64,000 nucleotides of DNA from NCBI RefSeq assembly GCF_001194135.2, contig NC_068982.1:11444951-11508950 (forward strand), read 5' to 3'. Positions 36,541 to 50,885 of this stretch are shown here, in pieces; the stretch's first letter is position 1, and each line of letters begins with the position of its first letter. Both the position numbers and the translations under genes were made by a program. The notes beneath the pieces were generated by a model. It was not told the DNA's origin. It worked only from the letters and a program-made list of their open reading frames with translations, and searched no databases. The DNA is from Octopus bimaculoides (Eukaryota).

Positions 36541-39500
36541 CTTCTAAGAATAATACCATGAATAAAATTAATTTTTTCTAGTTAAGTTACTACAGGAGAC
36601 TAAACTAGAGTCAACTTACCTCTCAATTAGGTTTCTAAATGACCATCCCTCAAAGTATTTGGTGGAGGAACTTGATTTGTGATTTCTTCATTCATGCTTA
36701 TTAATTATAATCAAGTTTGTTATGTATACACAGTCTAATCTTTTATTGCTAAAATTATTTGTCTATTTCTGTTATTCGTATCAAATAGTCCTTGAAATGT
36801 ATAATTTGTCTGTTTCAGGCAATTTTTATCAAATTGTCCTTGAAATAGAAATTATGTTGCTGAACTTTTATTTTTCCTTTCAAAACAAAAACAAATGAAC
36901 AAAAAACAGATTCTATGGCTTCTTTTATGAAACAGGATTGGCACTTATTTTCTTTAAGTAGAAACTGGTAGTATACACTTAGGAATGGTTATAGTTAATG
37001 ATTCAAGAATCATGATGAATCATTTAAACGTCTTTCTTTTCTTTTTTTTTTTTGAGATTTATCTGTGTCTGGCTATGTATATAATCTAATAAATAGCAGT
37101 GTAACTACTGAGGCAAATAAATTATGACTTACAAAAATTATCATTTGGATGTCAGCAAAACATAATTTTCTTGAATTTACAAAATATGCGTATTCAGAGT
37201 CAAAATAAACATGACTCATTTATTGTGGAATCTGTATAAGAATAATTCTATTGTAAACTTAATGGATCCTGTATGGTTATGACAACTTTGATAATGCTTG
37301 ATAACCACACTTGATGATTACTGTATAGTTGTCTATTGAAGGCTGTCTAAAGAAAACAGTTTCAGCCTATGCTACTATTTATCATTGCTTTAACAGCTTG
37401 GAAAGTTTAAAAAATGAAATGAATTGTAAGACTTGAGAATTGTAAGTGAATAATGGTTTTAAAGATGCATAAGCTTTTAAAAATAATGTAACAAGAAAAA
37501 TAAGAATTACATCTTCTCCCGAAATATTAAATATCATGTACAATGATTGGAAGTGATGAAAAATTGATTCTGTTTCAACCATGAAGATAATCTACACTTG
37601 AAGATTTTAATAAGGCTTTAGTGAAAGTGTATAAATGTAATTGATAAGAAATTTTTTTTTTTTTAACCAGTAGAAATATACTGCTAGCACATGTACTGCT
37701 TGAAAATTGGAAAAGTATAAATCATGGAAGTTTTGTAAGTTATCTGATAAAAGAAAAAGGATTCTTTTACATCTCAGATGAGCAAACGCTGAAACTAATA
37801 TAACATTTCATATCATTTAAACATTTTTTTAAATTTTAAATTAAGTATCATCAAATTTATCTGACCCATATTCATTAAAACATTATTTACATATCTTTGT
37901 GCTTAACAATCTTCTTTCAAAACATACTTGTTGATCAATAATAGGTAGTCAAGGACAAAAATGGAATGCAAATATTTACTTGTGAATGTTTTTTTTTTTT
38001 AATAAAAAAAAAATCTATTAATGACTAAAATAGCTATCTAATCTTATGTATTTTGTGAGAACATATATATTGTTACTTAATTTTTAAATAATATCAGGTC
38101 AATATAAACAACATTGATAGCCTATTTCTATGCGTTGGCTAAGTGCATTTCAGTTATTGCTTTTTGTATCTTGATTCTAAGTTTAAAAGCCAAACTTTGT
38201 CTTTATTCCTCTGATCTGATAAGATAAGTGATTGCTGGTTTTTGTGTTCAGAGTTCTTATACATGGTAGACGTCAATTCATCACCTAGTTCACCACCACT
38301 ATTTGGTCTGTTTGTGCTTTCAACAGAGTTCATTCTGTAAGTATTTGGTCCAGGTCTCTGGTTTGAAAACAAGTGCCTCTGTTTGGAAATCCAGCAAAAA
38401 GTCATGGGCACTTCTCTTCCCTACATGACCAAGCAGTTAAAAAAAAAAAATACATAAAGGTCAGCTTTAATGAATCAGACCTAGTTCAGTGCTATTCAAG
38501 CCACAATAATTCTATCTTTTATTTGGGATATGCACAGGCCAAATCGTTCTTTTATATTTTAAACTGTTAATGTAATTTGAGTGAGATCTGGCTGCTTTTG
38601 CTGTAGAGTATATGCATCATCAGTTTTATATCCTTTATAAAAAAAAAATCCTTGTACCAAGAAACCAATAATAAGTAAGTTTGTTAAATAAGTGCATTCA
38701 AATTTCTACTGATAATATTTGAATCTAAAATTGATGTTTTTGTGTCACAAAGACACAATATTATTATCTTGGTCAGTCACAACCATATTGCTTACTACTG
38801 CAACCTTGTTTCGATGAAATCATTCAGAAATTTCAAGTATATTTACATCTTAGTAATCTTCCAAATTATTTTCATTCTTTTACAAGATTTAGTTGATGAG
38901 AAATAAATTAAATTTTGATGCTTTTGACCTTTTCTATTTATTTCATATTTGATTAACACTCCATTGGACCTGTAAGTTGTAACTAAATACTCTGTCAGCT
39001 AGTGAAATAATTAATGTCACAAGCCAGCAAGAAAGGTTTTATGTAGTTGTTTGACCTGCTCAGTGTTGCAAGCAAAATCTCTCATCAAACTCTATACCAG
39101 CTTTTGAAAATGAAATTCGCATAAACTTCCAAATCTAAGGACGTTGTGTCTATAGCAGGAGCATGTTAAACATAGTGAGAATTCTGATTAAATGAAGTGT
39201 AACTCAAACTGTTTCTTCAAGTGTCTCCTATCTACACATTTTGTATGCTTAAGTTATCCCTACTGGTTCTAACTCTACACCGTACTCAGTTCTGCTTGAA
39301 CAAATCTATCTTCTTAAAAACAACAGTGTCATTTGTATGTTTTTCATTATTTTAGGATTACATGTAATTAATTTTGAGCAAAAAGACAAACAGATAAGTC
39401 TATTTCTTGGGAATATTTTCTCAACTAGAAAGCTGATACATTTAAATTGTTATATTTTTAAAAATATATTCTGTTTGAAAGTATGTTCATTTTTAATGTT

Positions 39501-41385
39501 CAGAATTAGTTCAAAGCTTGTGAAAATCTTATTTTATGTTTTTTATATTTGCATTATATTCTTAAAATAAATGTTTATCATTCTTGAAAGTAATCAATTA
39601 CTGTATAACATTTTTGTAAATAACTTAATTAAAATTCAACGAGCAACTGTAAATTTCTCTGCATTAACATTTAATATTTTTGTAAATACAGACAAGATGT
39701 TTCTTTGCTTACAAAACTTATTTGAAAGTTATAAATTACCAAAGTAGTATATAAATTGCATGTAAACTGATACTTGAAATATTTGTATCATTCTGTTGGG
39801 AAAGTATTTCGCTTAAGCAGATCTAACTTTAGAATTTAACCAAAATGTAAAAACTTCACTATAAATTTGGAGGAAACAAAATATAATTTTGGTCTTATCT
39901 AGAGTACTTTTTAGAATTGGTTGTAAACTATTCTGTTGAGATAAATATGTTCTATTGACATCTTGTTTATTTTTGGAGTAAGTGGCTAGAATAAGGATAT
40001 GTGAGAACATGATACGTTGAAATTGCTTCTTGTGAAGCAACTGTAAGTTTCTCTGATTCCATTTCTTTATATTCTTTATATTTTGTATTCTTTATATTAT
40101 TAGGTCAAATCATTATATGAAAATTTTCCTGAACATTTCAAATAAAAAACATAAAATTAAACAATTGTGTCATGTTTACAATAATACCTCTTGATTAAAT
40201 AAGCCATATGTTTGATCAAATTCATTTCTAATTGAATTTTAATCAGTGATTAATATTTTGTGGATGATTTCACTTCAGTAGAAAGTAAGTTGTGTTTTTT
40301 TCTTGTAAAATTTGGTAATCTCTTGTAAGCTTTAATTTACTTTTCAAGGATGTAGTTTCATCAGGTATAATATCTTATTCAATTTTATTCAAATTAAGTT
40401 AAAACACTACCTAAGCATTTATGTATGTCTTTACAGCTACTTTGTGTGCATAACATTTTTTTGGTTCAGTTAACCAAGCGAATATGAGTCATGCCAACTT
40501 TGTGGTTAAGCTGCTAGCATCAAAAATAATATTCAGTGGTTAAACGTCTTTGTGAAGCATGTTTATATATATCTTAGATATCAAAACAAATATTTTCGTA
40601 ATTTACTTTAAATAAAAGGAACAATTGATATTTGAATTTTTTTTTTTGTTTCTTTTGTAATTGTTTTTAAAAGTTATGAAGAAGATTAGGAATTACATTT
40701 ATACAAAGATAAACTTAATTCTCTGGAAGCTGTTTAAAATGCCTGACAAGAGTGTTGGCCTAAGAATAATAAATATGAGAACCTATGAATCAGTTTTATT
40801 GGTTTTAAATTTCCTTGATTTGAAATGTACTTACTTCCTACTACTAGAAGTCAAAGCTGCAAATATATGTAGGAGACAATCATGTTCCACAATTATTATC
40901 AGCTAACACAATTTAATTTGGCCTCTGAATTGGAAATTGCTATACAACCATGGAAAAGATTTACATCTGAATCGAGGAATTTGTGCAGCTACATTTTGTA
41001 ATGTAGATCATGTAATCATGAATATGATAAAATAGTAAATCAGTCTTTACTTTAGTTATACAACTACTGGAAAGATTAAAATAAAAAACTGAAAATCAAA
41101 ATTGACAATGTATTTGAACATTGGCACCTAGTTTAAGATGGTGTGGTTGATAAAGGTAGATAATATATGCAATGATATTATCTAGTTGGGTGTTGCATTC
41201 AGAGGAATAAATCTGACTATATAATGAAAATGCACTGACAAGCCTAAGATAGTAATTGGTAAGCGAAGGCATTCAACACATCTGGTGTCCATCGTGTGAA
41301 GTTATTTTCAGAGGTTCATATGAGGGCAAGGAATGACCCAGGGATATTTACAAAGAAATAATTCATATTAGCACTTTGCCAATAT

Positions 41386-41748
41386 AGGTGCAGGAGTGTC
41401 TGTGGTAAGAACCTTGCTTACCAACTGCATAGTTCCGAGTTCAGTCCCACTGCGTGGTGCCTTGGGCAAGTGTCTTCTAATATAGCCTTGAGCCGACCAA
41501 AGCCTTGTGAGTGGATTTGGTAGACAGAAACTAAAAGAAGCCTGTCGTGTGTGTGTGTGTTTGTCCCTCCACCATAGCTTGACAACCGATGTTGGTGTGT
41601 TTACATCCCTGTAACTTAGTAGTTTGACAAAAGAGACCGATAAAATAAGTATTAGGCTTACAAAGAATAAGTACTGGGGTCGATTTGTTCGACTGGAGGC
41701 GGTGCTCCAGCATGGCTGCTGTCAAGATGACAAACAAATAAAAGAATA
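41386..41748 (+). mobile_element. SINE-A, full length
   Basis: A and B boxes, CORE-like segment, 3' domain. Confidence 0.88.
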
Positions 41749-44657
41749 AGAAGAATGTGTCAAAATCCTCTAGATATCTGAAGATGATATCTTGATCAGA
41801 GTATTCAAATCATTGACGACTAGCCATGGTCACTTTATTTATATAAGCTGAAAGGAAAAGATTATCCCTGTGGCACAGACCACATGCACTACTGTTGGGT
41901 TGAGTGAACTCAACATGGTGATATAAATATATTTGAAAACCTGTAAACAAATTGTTCCTTTGGGATGTCTTAAATGTGTGGTCATTGATTCCTCTCCTGT
42001 AATCTGAAGGAAAGATGAGATGGGTATAGATGTAAATTAGTAATCATCAAAAGACACTACTGTTATTATCTGTTATAAGAGCAGATAAACTGTGGAGTAC
42101 ATGAACAATGTTCATTGAATGTACTATGAACATAGGTTTTGAAAGGAAATACTGTTTGTCACTCTAATGCTGTTCAGCTAGAACAATGGATAAATAAATG
42201 ATAATTGAACCATTCCTTTTTGACCAAACCTTGTTAAAAATGGGAAAATAGATAAAATATCTTAGAGCTATTAAATGCATGACAGGAAAAAGATACATGT
42301 TGCCTTCCATTATCTTTTAGTATAATTTTCACATCTCCCCCACTTTGAACTTGTGAATATAATAAGTTTTGCTGGGGCTCCCCTTGCCTTCTTACAAACT
42401 TTGTAACTTAAGTGAAAAATCATTTTCTACCACCAGGTTCCTAGGATCCAAATTTCGAAAGAGAAGGCCCATATAAAACAGATGGAGTATAATATGTGAC
42501 CTTGAATGACACGATGAGTGGAAGCATGTGCTAGAGAATTCCAATTGATAAAAAGATAGTGTATCTTAAGTTATATTACATATACCAGAAGTAGGTGATG
42601 CTGGAAAGTTTCATAAGAAAATATAATCTCCGTGAAGATTACAGGAAGCAACCTGTGATATTGTGCATAAAAAAAAATCACTGAATCATCTGATCGTCTT
42701 GGAATATTACTGTTTGTTTTGGTTGAAGGACATCATGAAAACAAGTTGCAGTAAATTGAGACAGTTCTGACCAATACAAATGGCTTAATTTATAACTAAG
42801 CACAAAAGAGAGATGGTGTCAAAATAAATGATCAATTTATTTTATGTCAGACGTGAGCTAAATTCTAGTATATACTAAATATCTTATGTACCACTTTCAA
42901 TAGAAGGTTTGGCAACACAGGAAGGGTAGCTGACCCTAAAATACTACCTTAGTAAGATTTGTTCAGGTTATGTCTGCATAGAAAAAGTGGGGCATAAAAA
43001 TGACAATGATGTGTAAATGTTTGTTTCCATTATTTCTGTAATATTTCAACAGACAGAATGTTGTCTACTATAGGACAAAAATTCTGATTTTAAAGATAAA
43101 TAAAAAACACAAAAATATAGTCATTTGCAATTTCTTTGGAAGATAAATATTTGCTGGCAGCCGTTGATTTATTTGGAAAACTTTAATTCTCCCAAATGCA
43201 TTTATTATTAATCTGATTACAAAATACTGGAAAAGGGAAATGAAATTAAAAAAACTTTAGAAGGAAGAAGAAAGAAGTATCTACAAAACAGATACAGTAT
43301 CAGTATTACTGATAGTGTTATGATGAGTATTAATGACACCAAGCCAGAAGTTAAATACAGACATTATAGTTGAACGATAAGTATTAATACTAATAATTTT
43401 ATAGTATTTGTATGTAGATATGTTTATACTAACACAATATTTTTAATATGTATGTGAATGTATTTGTGAGTCTATTCTTGTGTTAAGATTTAGTATTTCA
43501 CTTCCTTGTCTGCACTTGTTATATATATATATATGTGTGTGTGTGAACTTGATATAGAAAATTATAAAAATAATTATCTCTTGATTACCAATTTTATTTT
43601 TTAAATTCTTTGAACTAATTCTTAGATTTTGACCTTGAGTCTGTTATGCTGCCTATTGAATTTGGCATTCATTCTCTCATGAAAGTTATTAATATTTTGG
43701 ATTTTTTTTTTTTCAACCATTTTCATGCTGCTTCAAAAGTTTTCTGATACAGTCTATAATTTTTAGATGCTTCAGCTATACAGTGTCCACTTAAAACAAC
43801 TAACATGTTCATTTTCATACATAACGAAACATGTAAGCTAGACTTGGCTTGAGAATCGCATAATTTTTGTATCTTAACTGCTCTCATCTGTTTGTTCTTG
43901 AGACTTTATCTTCAAGACCAATTAAATTTGAAGAAACCATATATATATATTCAGTTCTAAATATGTAAGATTAGCTGAGAACATTTAAGCTGAAAAGTGA
44001 TAGAGCACTGAAAGCATTGATTATTGTATGTTGAAGAGATAACTGTTGGTGTGGATATGTAAGTTAAATATATGATGTATGGGGTGGGGGGGGGGATTAA
44101 GAGGTGTTTACATTATAGAAAGACCAAAAAAGAAAAAAAAAGTTGAAATAGTTCTGATTGAAGAATGATGAACCTTGTAGATTGACTTATGCCAGATGGA
44201 ATTGTCTGGAGCAATGCCTTGCAGACCATTCCAATAAATACTAGAAAAACAATAATAATAACAGTGATGATGAAAATAAGTTACATTAAGTGTCGGTTGT
44301 TAGTAATTGTGTGTTTGTGGTGTGTATGTGTGTATGATTGATTGCACTTGTGAGTCTCATAATGAATTGGCTCATAGGTAAGCTGGATTAAGACCCTAAG
44401 TACTTAAAAGATTTTGTTGCCCTCATATATATGTAATTCAAAATATAAACAATTATAAACCATAAAATAAATTTTGATGTTCAAAATGAAATAAAACAGT
44501 AAAATTGAAAATAACGTTTATTTTTGTATATACTTCCACTTAATTTATATTTGTAAAATTTTTTTCTACATTTTTTTTTAATTGCAAAGTCTTTGATCAG
44601 ACCCTCACATTTTGAAATTATATTTTTGATCATATAAGCATTGTCTCTGATCATATA

Positions 44658-45015
44658 ATCATCATCATTTAATGTCTGTTGTCCATGCTGGTATGGGTTT
44701 GACGGTTTGACCTGGCTGGCCAGCTGGAAGGCTGCACCAGACTCCAATCTGATTTGGCATGGTTTCTATGGCTGGATGCCCTTCTTAACAATAATCACTC
44801 CAAAAGTGTAATGAGTGCTTTTACATGCCACTGGCACAGGTGCCATTTGCGTGACACTGGTATCTGCTATGACTGCAATTTTGCTTGGTTTGATGTGTCT
44901 TCTTAAGCATGACACAATGGCAAAGGTATCAATCATTCCCCCGTGAGGCCCAACACTCCCAAGGAACTCAGCCACTTGGCCTCCATGAGCCCAAATACTT
45001 GAAAGGTGTTCTGCC
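44658..45015 (-). mobile_element. Family E element, long variant
   Basis: (CAT)n tail, core, 5' region shared with 18920. Confidence 0.8.
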
Positions 45016-46044
45016 ACTTTGAATTTTATTTTAGCAAGTTTAAAATGATTTCTTTTCTGCTATAAACCATTTACCATTTTTGTGGTGCTCCACTTCCCTT
45101 GATGCCCCAAGCTCATGCTTATTTTGTTTCATGGTTAATCCAACGTTGCTCATAGAGGCACAACTAGAGGTATTATCTCATTTTCGTATGAGTTAGCCTG
45201 GTGATTCTCAATAGCTCCAAGATGAATAAAAACTACATTGTAAGTTAAGAAAACAATCTTTAATTTTGCAGTATTCTGCTTCTTTACAGCTGTAAACTTT
45301 ACCATGGTGAATAATATATTTACAGCTGGGTGGATTGGATTGTTGAGGATTAAGTATCTTAGTCATGAAGGCAGGGTAGCACTTGCGACAGATTGTAAGC
45401 TATTAGCATTTTAACTGGATGTTTGCAACTTTGCTACCTACAGCTGTCTTGTGTAATTAGACATAAATATATGCATGTATAGGTAAAATCTCAAATAGCC
45501 AGCAGTACTTATCTCGTTGCATCTAAATACAGGAGTTGATATAGAAGCACACATGTGCACATGTCCTTCTGCACACATGTTCTGATATGTATTCAGGCTT
45601 AAAATTAGCTATATCTTAAAAATTATCATAATTGATCAGCTCTTCTTGCACTTTGCTATGCATGAGGTAGTTACATGCTATTGCAGTTCTCTGTCTCTTC
45701 ATATCAATTCATTATCTGTTTAATCAAGTAGAAATCTCTTTCTGCTGTTTGATATCAATTTATTTTGAGACTTCATCCAGTTACATGAAGAGTCAGCGCA
45801 TGGTATAGCTAAATATAGATATCATTTCATATGGTTACCGTATATCTATTGCTGTTGAGTTGATCTCCATATTTTATGCCTTGTATTTTTCTGAAATAAT
45901 TCTGGAGAAAGGTATATCATCCCCTTCATCATCGTCATCATTTAGCATCTGTTCTTCATGGGTTAGGCAGTTAGTCTGAAACTGGTAAGTCGGAGAGCTG
46001 TATGAGGCTCCAGTATGTAACTTTAATATATTCATTCTCAATTA

Positions 46045-46412
46045 AGGTGACAAGCTGGCAGTATCATCACTGCGCTGGGCAAAACGTGTAGTGGCATTTC
46101 GTGTCTTTGCGTTCTTAGTTTAAATTCCACTAGAATTGACTTTGCCTTTCACGGAAACTGAAGGAAGTCCGTCGTATATATGTGTGTGTGTGTGTGTTTG
46201 TGTGTCTGTGTTTGTCCCCCCCACCATCGGTTGACAACCGATGGTGGTGTGTTTACGTCCCCGTAACTTAGCGGTTCAGCAAAAGAGACTGATAGAATAA
46301 GTACTAAGCTTACAAAGAATAAGTCCTGGGGTCGATTTGCTCAACTAAAGGTGGTGCTCCAGCATGGCTGCAGTCAAATGACTGAAACAAGTAAAAGAGA
46401 GAAAAAAGAGAG
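46045..46412 (+). mobile_element. SINE-B head fused to a SINE-A body and tail
   Basis: B ends at gactttgcctttc (about 46150); A begins at acggaaactgaagg. Confidence 0.75.
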
Positions 46413-46520
46413 TAAAAGAGGTTTACAACACAAAAGAAATCACTCTAAATTTGCTAAAATAATATTTGGGATGCCTTATCTCATATCTAAGCATAGATGC
46501 AGATGTGTTATGTTAGATTA

Positions 46521-46946
46521 CCATAAATCCTTGAGTATAATCCACACTTTTTTCCCAAAATTTAAAGGTCAAAATTTCTAGTGCGTACTATATACAAGGT
46601 TAAAAATAAAAAATATTTTCTAAGCAAAATTTTCCAATTGATAAATATGTAAAGGCAGTTTACTTAATATTTATGTTTCACTGACGTTATTACTGCTATT
46701 TCTTTATTTTCTTCAAACAAAGTGCACAAAAAAGCTACACGTTTGCATTATGTTATATATACAATAATTAATAAAGGACGTTACCGTATATACGTTTACA
46801 TACCAGGGACGTTATATAGACCTCATTGACTCAAGTTAGAGAAGGGGTGCGTATTATACACAAGGATTAGGTTTTCCAGAGGTACAGCCCTGTAAAAATC
46901 CCCTGCGTATTATATTCAAGGGTGGACTATACTTGAGGATTTATGG
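46521..46946. mobile_element. Tc1/mariner-pogo type MITE
   Basis: TA TSD; 25-bp TIRs ccataaatccttgagtataatccac and gtggactatacttgaggatttatgg (22/25); subterminal gcgtattata repeats. Confidence 0.85.
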
Positions 46947-47533
46947 TAAATATGAGGATCTCATCAAAGACTTGGCAATTAAAATAAGTAGGAGAAAACT
47001 TTTCAAATATAAAGTGTAACTATACAAAAATAAACATTATTTCTCATTTTACTGTTAGTTTTGTTTCATTTTGTAAAACAAAAATTTATTTTCTTGTTTA
47101 TTATTGTTTATATTTTGAATTACAAATATAGGGGGACACTAAGATCTTTTTCAGTGTTTAGGGTCTCTATGAGTCTTAATCTGGCCCCGAGTGTAGGCTT
47201 TTGCTTATAGTAATACACAAACAAATTACTTGCAGATACATGCTGAGCTTTCACTGAGGAGTCACACAATAAAGTCGAAGCATTGTGCATATGTTATGAA
47301 CACATGTTAAAAGGAAGATGTTTTCTCATGGTGAAAATCAACAATAATCAGAGGTTAATGTTTGAATCTGTCAGATCATATGGAGAACAAATAAATAAGT
47401 TATTGTTTGAATTCTTGCTTTTCATATGTAACTTTCCTTTTACATTTTCTCATACTGAAAGTATGTTTTTTATGGTTTGATGATATTCCTGCAAAAGTAG
47501 AGTATTTTTTACATTTAAAAAAAATTTTTTGTA

Positions 47534-47948
47534 GGCGCAGGAGTGGCTGTGTGGTAAGTAGCTTGCTTACCAACCACATGGTCCCGGGTTCAGTCCCACT
47601 GCATGGCACCTTGGGCAAGTGTCTTCTACTATAGCCTCGGGCCGACCAAAGCCTTGTGAGTGGATTTGGTAGACGGAAACTAAAAGAAGCCCATCGTAGA
47701 TATGAATATATATATATATATATGTGTGTGTGTGTTTGTGTTTGTGTGTCTGTTTGTCCCCTCAACATCGGTTGACAACCGATGCTGGTGTGTTTATGTT
47801 TCTGTAACTTAGCGGTTCAGTAAAAGAGACTGATAGAATAAGTACTAGGCTTACAAAAGAATAAGTCCTGAGGTCAATTTGTTTGACTAAAGGCGGTGCT
47901 CCAGTATGGCCGCAGTCAAATGACTGAAACAAGTAAAAGAGTAAAGAG
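47534..47948 (+). mobile_element. SINE-A, full length, young
   Basis: A box 47544-47554, B box 47587-47597, complete 3' domain and tail. Confidence 0.92.
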
Positions 47949-48149
47949 TATACAAAACAGTGGTTATAGTAGCTAGTATCTTAGGAGTCCAACATCATAA
48001 ATTCACTTCCATTGTACCTCATAGTGGTTTAATTAGCCAGTGTAATTGTCAGGTTTCACTGTTATAAAATTGTGTATGAGGGAATACAAGAAAAAAGTAA
48101 TTCAGTAAAGCAATAAATGTATAACCTCTCTCAATATAGAGACGTTTCT

Positions 48150-48350
48150 TATGGCACCAGCAAACAGAACGGAAAAGCTGTTGCTCCAAATGAGGGAGAT
48201 GTGCTGGAACAGTCACTCTGACTTGCAGATCTTGCTGCACGTAGACAACAGTCTCTGCCCTGATAGCAGTGAGCAGGGATATGGTCCAGAGACCAAGAAT
48301 GCCAGAGGTCTCAACGGCCACAGGCTCAACCATAAACCTGTCAGAGAGCA
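48150..48350 (-). pseudogene. CRE-like retrotransposon C-terminal relic
   Basis: LSDRFMVEPVAVETSGILG, then after a frameshift SE*LFQHISL...NSFSVL, resembling F.PVAVETSG..G...E..WLFQRISLA..RGN..S.L. Confidence 0.7.
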
Positions 48351-49582
48351 ACTGAGCTTTATTGCAGATGACATTCATAGAAGATAAAAACTGAATTTTT
48401 TCTTTAAGACATCCATTACATTAATCCAATGGAAGTAAAATAATTTTTATCATTGATCAGTTTGTGCTTTTCTCTTGTGTTTGAGGAGCTAGGACAACCC
48501 CCCCCCCCCCAAAAAAAAAAGAAAACACATCATTTACTATAGCTGTCCACATTTAAAGCTTTGATGCTTTTGATTGTTGACTTTTTTTTTTTTTTTTTTG
48601 CAAACTATTGAACTTTTGCCTTCTCTAGAACAATGAATTTGATCATAAGGGAGTGGTAATAATTTTTCCTACAATTATTTTAATTTTATTATTATTATTT
48701 CAGGTTGTTGCTAATTTCATGTATTTTGTTCAGGAAAGCAATAAAAATTTTCTGGGATGGGAATAAGATTAATAATCATTCAGTTTGGGGCTTTACACCA
48801 AGGCATTTTCTGTATTGGAAGGAAAACAATATCCTGATACTACCAGTAGTTTTGGAGGTGATTGAAATTATATCAATTTATATCATATCTACTGTTATAT
48901 TATTATCAGATTCAAGCTATTTGTAGCTTTTGAAATTATTGATGACATTGTTTATTTTCCTATTGTATTGAATGAGAGCATATGTGACAGTTACCAACCT
49001 GAACTGCATATTTTTAGGTTTGTTGAGTTTTCTGTTTAATTGCTTTAATCCATTTTCTCTCTCACTGATTTTGACCTTGTTCTTAATGATTTCAAATAGT
49101 TTGATTGTTTGGTAGATGAGTCACATATCACTGCTTGCCTTTTCCTAACCACTCCTACCTGATTCTTTCCTGAGCAGAGAGAGATCTACTACAGACCTAT
49201 TGGTGGTAGCATTGAATTCAAAGACAATAGGGGGTCTGTTGAGAAAGATTTTTTTGCTACACTGAACTGCTCAATTGAACACATGGAACATATTTAGCTG
49301 TATTATTAGGGGCTCAATGGTGATAAATCTGATAAAATTCATACAGTTAATGATTTAAGAATTCTTCAATAGTTTTTATTATTTCGTTTTTGGATTTGGT
49401 TTGCAAGATTTTTTATGTGATTTCGTGTGTTGAAGCATATTCTGTTGTGTCTGGGGAGAGTCATTTTCTTATTGTGCCTTAAAATTTAACACACTCACCG
49501 GTAAAATTTCCACTTATTTTTCTTTTTATTATTTCAGTTTCATTTTTCTGTGTAATTATTTTGTCTTGTGACAAAAATGAAC

Positions 49583-49754
49583 TATTTCTTCCAGCCTGTT
49601 GCATTTGAGACATTTGGAGGGCTGGGCCGCTAATGATGAAGATCTTGTCATGGTTGGCAGATTGCTTTACTGTGGTGATGCCTGTGAGGGTGCTTGGCTG
49701 TTCCAATGCTTTAACCTTGCCATCACCTGTGGCAATGCCATGAGCATGTTGGCT
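49583..49754 (+). pseudogene. CRE-like retrotransposon C-terminal relic
   Basis: YFFQPVAFETFGGLG, then after a frameshift GDACEGAWLFQCFNLAITCGNAMSML. Confidence 0.7.
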
Positions 49755-49894
49755 TGCTTTCAGTAAGTTCTGTTGAACCAACCAGTTGAGGCACTTGGTG
49801 TTAAATTGTTCTTTTTTTCCTTTTCTCTTTCTTTTTTTTTGTTTTTCTTTCTTTGTTCCTCTTTTTTCTCTTGGTTTTAGATTTATATTTTTAG

Positions 49895-50116
49895 CCCTTT
49901 TGCTACCATATTTCTGTTGAGATACTTTGTGTTTCTTTCAATTAATTTAAAATATAACAAAGAATTTAGTAAAATTACTTAGTTATCATTAAGCTGGTGT
50001 TAGGAACATAAACTGTGACTAAGGTTTGGTGAAAGATTTTAATTCAGAACTTATGAAAATAAGACATTTGTACTACAGAACCAGAGGCAGTTTGAAATGG
50101 GTTGGTATCAAAAGGG
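49895..50116. mobile_element. piggyBac-type MITE
   Basis: Same family as 18591; TTAG/TTAA flanks. Confidence 0.85.
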
Positions 50117-50299
50117 TTAATGTGGTTTTGTATTATATATGTATCATATACATACATACATGCTATATTCCAATAAAGTACACTATTGGTTAACTGAAAA
50201 AAAAAAAAAAAAGCAAAAATTAAAAAAAGTTTAGAGGATATTATGGAGACTTTCTGAAGAGAAATAAGTGAAAAATAATCAGATTGGCCACCCCATTTG

Positions 50300-50750
50300 G
50301 ATACTCTTTTACTTGTTTCGGTCACTTGACTATAGACAGGCCTTGAAGGGTTTTAGTTGATAATATCAATGTCAGCACTAGCTTAATGTATGGAACTTAT
50401 TCTAGCAATCTCTATCACACCTCTAAGTTGCAGAACATAAACAGACATTTCTTTTGTTTTCAAACGGTGTCAGTATAAAGAACATAACCCTAACCAGATG
50501 CATATATATGTGTGTGCAGGCATCTACCTGCCTATCTATTTGTCCACACAAACACACACAAAGACTCTTTCTCTCTCTCTCTCTCTCTGTCTCTCTTCCT
50601 CTTCAAAGGAAATCCTGCACAATTTCTTTCTACTAACTTCACAGTGGACAGCACTTGCCCAGGATACCACACACTGAGACTGAACTCATGATCACTTGAC
50701 GGTGAAGTGAACTTCATTACCAAACAGCCATGCCTGAGCCATCTTCACTG
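50300..50750 (-). mobile_element. Decayed SINE-A with (CT)n
   Basis: ctcttttacttgtttcggtca tail; head at about 50640-50740. Confidence 0.6.
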
Positions 50751-50885
50751 TCAAATATGTTAGTCATAGGAATATTATCTATTTATCATTCAAAAATATA
50801 ATAATTTTGTTATTGTCATATCATTAAACTAGTCATGTAATTTTATTTTTTATAAAAAAGAAAAAAAGGGTTCTATATATATATA

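Noticed and set aside
37270-37300. YGYDNFDN resembling a voltage-gated channel pore loop
   Set aside because: Bounded by stop codons within a few codons and lacking splice sites; chance.
47534-47610. tRNA genes at SINE heads
   Set aside because: A and B boxes are present, but there is no complete cloverleaf and they continue into SINE bodies.
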